A stretch of 64,000 nt of DNA from Balanoglossus misakiensis (lineage: Eukaryota > Animalia > Hemichordata), in assembly GCA_040954595.2 (NCBI GenBank), contig CM082576.2, positions 13,953,129 through 14,017,128 on the forward strand. Reading direction: 5' to 3'. Below, piece after piece: positions 59,637 through 64,000 of the stretch. The position numbers and the translations under genes are program-made. Positions within the stretch are counted from its first letter, which is position 1, and each line of letters starts with the position of its first letter. The notes under the pieces were generated by a model, which saw nothing but the letters and a program-made list of their open reading frames with translations, searched no databases and was not told the origin of the DNA.

Positions 59637-62600
59637 ATGGCTGATTTAAGCACAGTTGTCAAGTCTGGAGCTTGCGTTCTCAGCGGAGCGGCGTTTGGGT
59701 TTGTACTCGAAAAATCTTCAGGTGAGAATTTCGTCTTCGGTCCTAGGATATTGTATTGGCCATCATTGTGGGTTGCACAACATCCAGTACAGGTAGTTCC
59801 TTCTAAATAACCAGAGAACATTTCAGCGATGATCGACCACGGTGACGTTGTCAACTTTGTGTTTATTTGATGAAATACGTGCTCGATAAATCAGTGCATA
59901 TGACAATAGTTCAACTAAATCTCAGACCCTGAAGCTCGGCCGCTTGAATGTTTCAATGTCCTGTGTGCATAACACGATAATTGCGTAATATTAGGTAGAT
60001 CTCGATTTTTACTGAATTTACCTATTGTATGCTTTACAGCAGTGGAAAAAAGTGATATTTTACTTCTGCCTATTTTTTCAACATGCTAAAATGGAAAGTG
60101 TTCCACTTGTTGTCAACATACAAATGTAGCCTGTGTGTAACTTTTGTTGTTGTTGTTGTTTATGTTGTTGTTGACAAATGAATTCTAGTTTGGACTTGAA
60201 TTCATCTTCAACATTAACAATACTGACAGTGAAGCTAAGCAACCTGATCGTATTTTTTCCCAAGGTTTTTTTCCTGACAGATCACCTGAAATTGTACAAA
60301 TTGTGACACTGTCACCTGATATATCTTTCATATGATCTGCATTATACTTAATCTGTCATATACATAAAACTGTTTGGTATTAAAACAGAAAAGCCCTGAC
60401 ACGTCAGTTTCATACATTGTACGTGCAATGGAACTTCGGGAACAGTGAACAGTTTTTGAAATGCACCGAATATAGGTCAGTGCACTGGATGTATTGTCAA
60501 CTGTGTGGTGTCATCTGAAACCTTTGAAGATAGTTCCTTAAAATAAGAAAGTGAGCTGGTGAATCAAATGGATGCATTGGTGGTTATTTGAAGCTGCATG
60601 TTCAGTGTTTAGAAATAAATAAAATAACGTTTATTTATTTGTTTGTTTGTTTTTGATCCAGTGTATGCTCCGGATGTTATCAGGAATGCTGTTCTAATGA
60701 CCAGTGGCACCCCTCTGAAGATGTGGTTGGCAGCAAATGCTACTGGTGAGAACTTTCCTTCTGTTAATTGTCACCTCATCAAAATTGATGACACCGGTCT
60801 TATCAGTGTTTTATAATATCAGTTCTTGGTCATCATGATCTGTAGAATGAAATCTTTGCATCAGTGTTTTGGGGAATATTTTTAGCAAAAATGTATTTTT
60901 TTGATATTTTTTATTGTAGCCATGGCAACTTTAACTCTTTTTCCTGTCTTTGGTGGAGAGGCGATAGTGGAGAAAGCTAAGGCTGATCACTGTTCTAAAG
61001 GCGAGGGAATGCCTGGAGTGATTGGAGGATTTCTTCATGGAGCTGGCATCGTCATTTGTGGTGCAGTATGTACAACATTTTTGCACTGTTAAGGATAAGG
61101 TGTTCATGTGAACCGGAAAACTGCGCGCACTCGTCTTTTTCCAATAGGAATAGGTTTACATTGATAATCACTAGGAAACATACATCTACTGTTGTCATTT
61201 TCACGAAATTTTACACATAGCTCAGTCCAGTAAACATAATTTCATTGGTCAAATAAAATATACTATAGGGGTCACCGCGTTCTATTTTGAGATAAATTGC
61301 GTTAAAATTTTCGCCCATAGACAAACCATTAGCAAAAAATGCTGAGTCAGCATTTTTCGTCTATTATCGACTAAATTCACGGCTTTGTATTTCAAAAACA
61401 AGCACGGTGACCCCTATTTTTTATTACGGATTTTCATTATTCATACAAAGGAGAATCCAAAAATCTACAATTAAAAAAAAGGACAATACTTTCAATTTTA
61501 CTGAACGTACATCCTTAATGGGACTTTCATTTGTTTTGGAAAGAATTAAGGAAGGGTCTGAGTTCAAACATGACGTGCATGTTTTTAGAGCCCTATTTCC
61601 ATTGATTTGTCTGAGAATAACAGGATTTTCTTTTGTATTGTTGCCAGTGTCCAGCCACCATCTTAGTGCAGTTAGGAACCAGAACCGAGAACAGCATCTG
61701 CACATTCCTTGGTTGTCTCTCCGGGGCTCTCCTTTACGGATTTGTAGACAGCAGAATTACGGAGGAAAAGAAACCATCAGAAACAGTCAAACGGAAATGC
61801 ACGTAAGTTGTCGTATAATGTCCATTTCGTTCTTTGTGCAATTGGCATGGGTGGGTGAGGACTTGTTATTTTTGGAAATACAATCACCATTGCTAAATAT
61901 AAAATGAAAAGTGTACAGCCACTTAACCCTTTCATCCCCATTTCCTTGTGTAGTGGTCCACTGGGTACAACTGAGTTGGACCAAACCAACAGACAGAATT
62001 TGTTTTTTGTTTTTCATCTGGGTATACACATTCAATAGTATGGTATGGTGCGTTGACTGTACCAGAGTTTAAACTCACACCAACAAAATGCCAGGATGTA
62101 AAGGTCACAAGGGGGTCATGAGGTATTCCCTTACATAGCATTTAACTTATTCATTGGCTTAATTGCTGTTGCAGGATTGATGATTATTTTGAAAGTGGGT
62201 GCTATGCCAGGTTTGCTATACCGCTGAGTGTAGGTCTTGAAGTTTTTCTGCGCCACTCTGACAAATACCTGCCAGCTGATATAGCCTCCGGATGTGGCTG
62301 TCCATCAATTAAACACGGTAAGGACATCAGATTTATTTGAAATCGTCACAACTTTATTTGACATGCATATAGCTGTTACTCCGATCACTTGAAATTTTTG
62401 GAGTACATGCATCTCAACTTTCTAACTTATCTCTGTGAATAAATTTAAGGAAATCAATCAAATTTTATCTTGGGCATAGTGGTTTTACAATGATTGTTCG
62501 ATGTATTTCGGACCATCACAAATGTGTTGGGCAGTCGGTTCCCATAACCTAATGGCGGGATATTGAATTGCATTGTGGGTAGAAAGTCGACCCATTTTCA

Positions 62601-64000
62601 TGAAATGTGATATATTATGGGTATTTTTTGTCATATTTATGGCCCAAAGTTCTGTCTTTTCAACTTGGAAACACACCTACCTCAGTAGTTCCACACCATG
62701 GATACACACAGTCATTACATAATGGACCTCTAAGCAAATAAAATGATAAACGACATGAATCTGAATTTGACGCATTTCCAATTTTTTTTTCCCCTCTATA
62801 CTGATGCATGCATGCAACTATTCAGTTACACTTCCAATGCTGGCGAGATTATGTCTTGAATACAATATTTGTTTTGACAGCAATAAAATCAACTTTCATA
62901 CTGGAATTTATAGTCACTGATATATTAATTTCCATCTGTTTTTATTTTACAGGTGTTCTTCTAGGGCTCATCAACATACCTGTTCTGATTGCAATGAACA
63001 AAATGATTGGTTGCAGTAGCAGCTGTGTGACACTTGCTTCACGATGTTTGCCGAAGTGTTTGTCCACGAAGTATCTTGAGTCATTCAGGTCGGGTTTTAA
63101 GAAATGGTGGCAGGTAGGTTGACACAGATGCCTCTGTAGAGCATATACTTTAGGTTAAGCATGTTTGTTTACTGTAAAACACTTTATTTTCCCGAGCAGT
63201 AAATTTTTCGCGAAATACACGAGAGCCAAAATAGCGTGAAAATGAAAAGTTACGTAATTTTTTTTTGAAGAAAACGATGCAGTGAATGAAATAAGAGAAT
63301 ACGAAAATTAATACTCGCGAAACAGTGGCCTCTCTCGATATCACTTTATTTCAGATGGTTTTCTCTGAACTCACCGTGACTGGAAATCTAGTTGATTATC
63401 CCAATTCCGATATGTTTGTCAGTAGAACGGATTTGTCGTAATTATATAACTAAACAAAGACAAAAACTCTTGGCAGTCTATCAAGTACCAAAACTATCTT
63501 GCTCTGTAGACAAAGCTCTTGAGTCTATACAGAAGAGCTGTTGTATTCTGCTGGTGTTTCAGTCTCTTTTTGCCAACCACTGTTTGCAGGTGCATCTGCT
63601 CAAATGTAGAAAGGAACTGGCATTAAAAATTACCTGCTTAGTACCAAAATTGGGGTCTTGGAGAGTTTCATTGGTTACAATTGCCGTGCTTCTGGTCTGC
63701 AAGTGTTTGACAATTGACTTGCCTGTCCAGTCAGAAACGAGGAACAACTCTGTGTGATTTATTGGCACCATCCAAAAACCCAGGCTTGTACACAACTGCC
63801 CCATGTGATATTTTTATGATCAATAATCCTGTGCTAAAATTCTTTTCTTAATACAGCTGTCCTGTCAAGATTTAGCGTTTGATATCATTTCTCCCTTTCT
63901 CACCAACTGTATAATCATTGCTGGCCTATCGATTTTATGATTAACCTTTGACCCTTTCATACGTCTATACAGGTTTTCTTCAGTGCTGGTGCAGTGGCTG
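59637..64000 (+). CDS. YeeE/YedE-family (thiosulfate transporter TsuA-like) membrane protein, 3'-partial; exons 59637-59721, 60662-60745, 60920-61065, 61648-61802, 62175-62317, 62953-63113, 63973->64000
   Basis: Seven GT-AG exons join in frame: MADLSTVVKSGACVLSGAAFGFVLEKSS|VYAPDVIRNAVLMTSGTPLKMWLAANAT|AMATL...VIGGFLHGAGIVICGA|CPATILVQLG...FLGCLSGALLYG...|GVLLGLINIPVLIAMNKMIGCSSS...KWWQ|VFFSAGAVA. GxxFGFxLE and GGxLxGxGxxxxGACP are typical YeeE/YedE motifs, with several hydrophobic helices. Not visible as one ORF in the supplied track. Confidence 0.8.
63170..63340. mobile_element. Truncated copy of the 18347-18559 MITE in an intron of the YeeE-like gene
   Basis: Reverse-complement match to ~18390-18559. 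Confidence 0.7.

Overview
AT-rich eukaryotic DNA with GT-AG introns, microsatellites and TTAA-flanked MITEs. It is probably a marine invertebrate, possibly a hemichordate-like deuterostome; that assignment is inference only. From left to right the window holds four things. (1) The last two coding exons of an estrogen-receptor-like nuclear receptor on the + strand. (2) A complete six-coding-exon estrogen-related receptor (ERR/NR3B, 444 aa) on the - strand, tail-to-tail with the ER-like gene. (3) A young array of five single-coding-exon 554-aa ACSF2-like acyl-CoA ligase genes: four tandem on - with a period of about 5.2-5.6 kb, one inverted on +, plus a 3' pseudogene fragment. The copies are mosaics of each other, and repeated upstream modules carry perfect ERR-type elements (TGACCTTGA) and a DR5. 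(4) A multi-exon YeeE/YedE (TsuA-like) sulfur-compound transporter gene running off the right end. The most notable signals are the ER-ERR tail-to-tail pair, ER-like pocket residues in the ERR alongside loss of the His524 equivalent in the ER, and a candidate ERR-regulated, diversifying adenylating-enzyme cluster next to ERR. All exon boundaries were read by eye; no searches were run.
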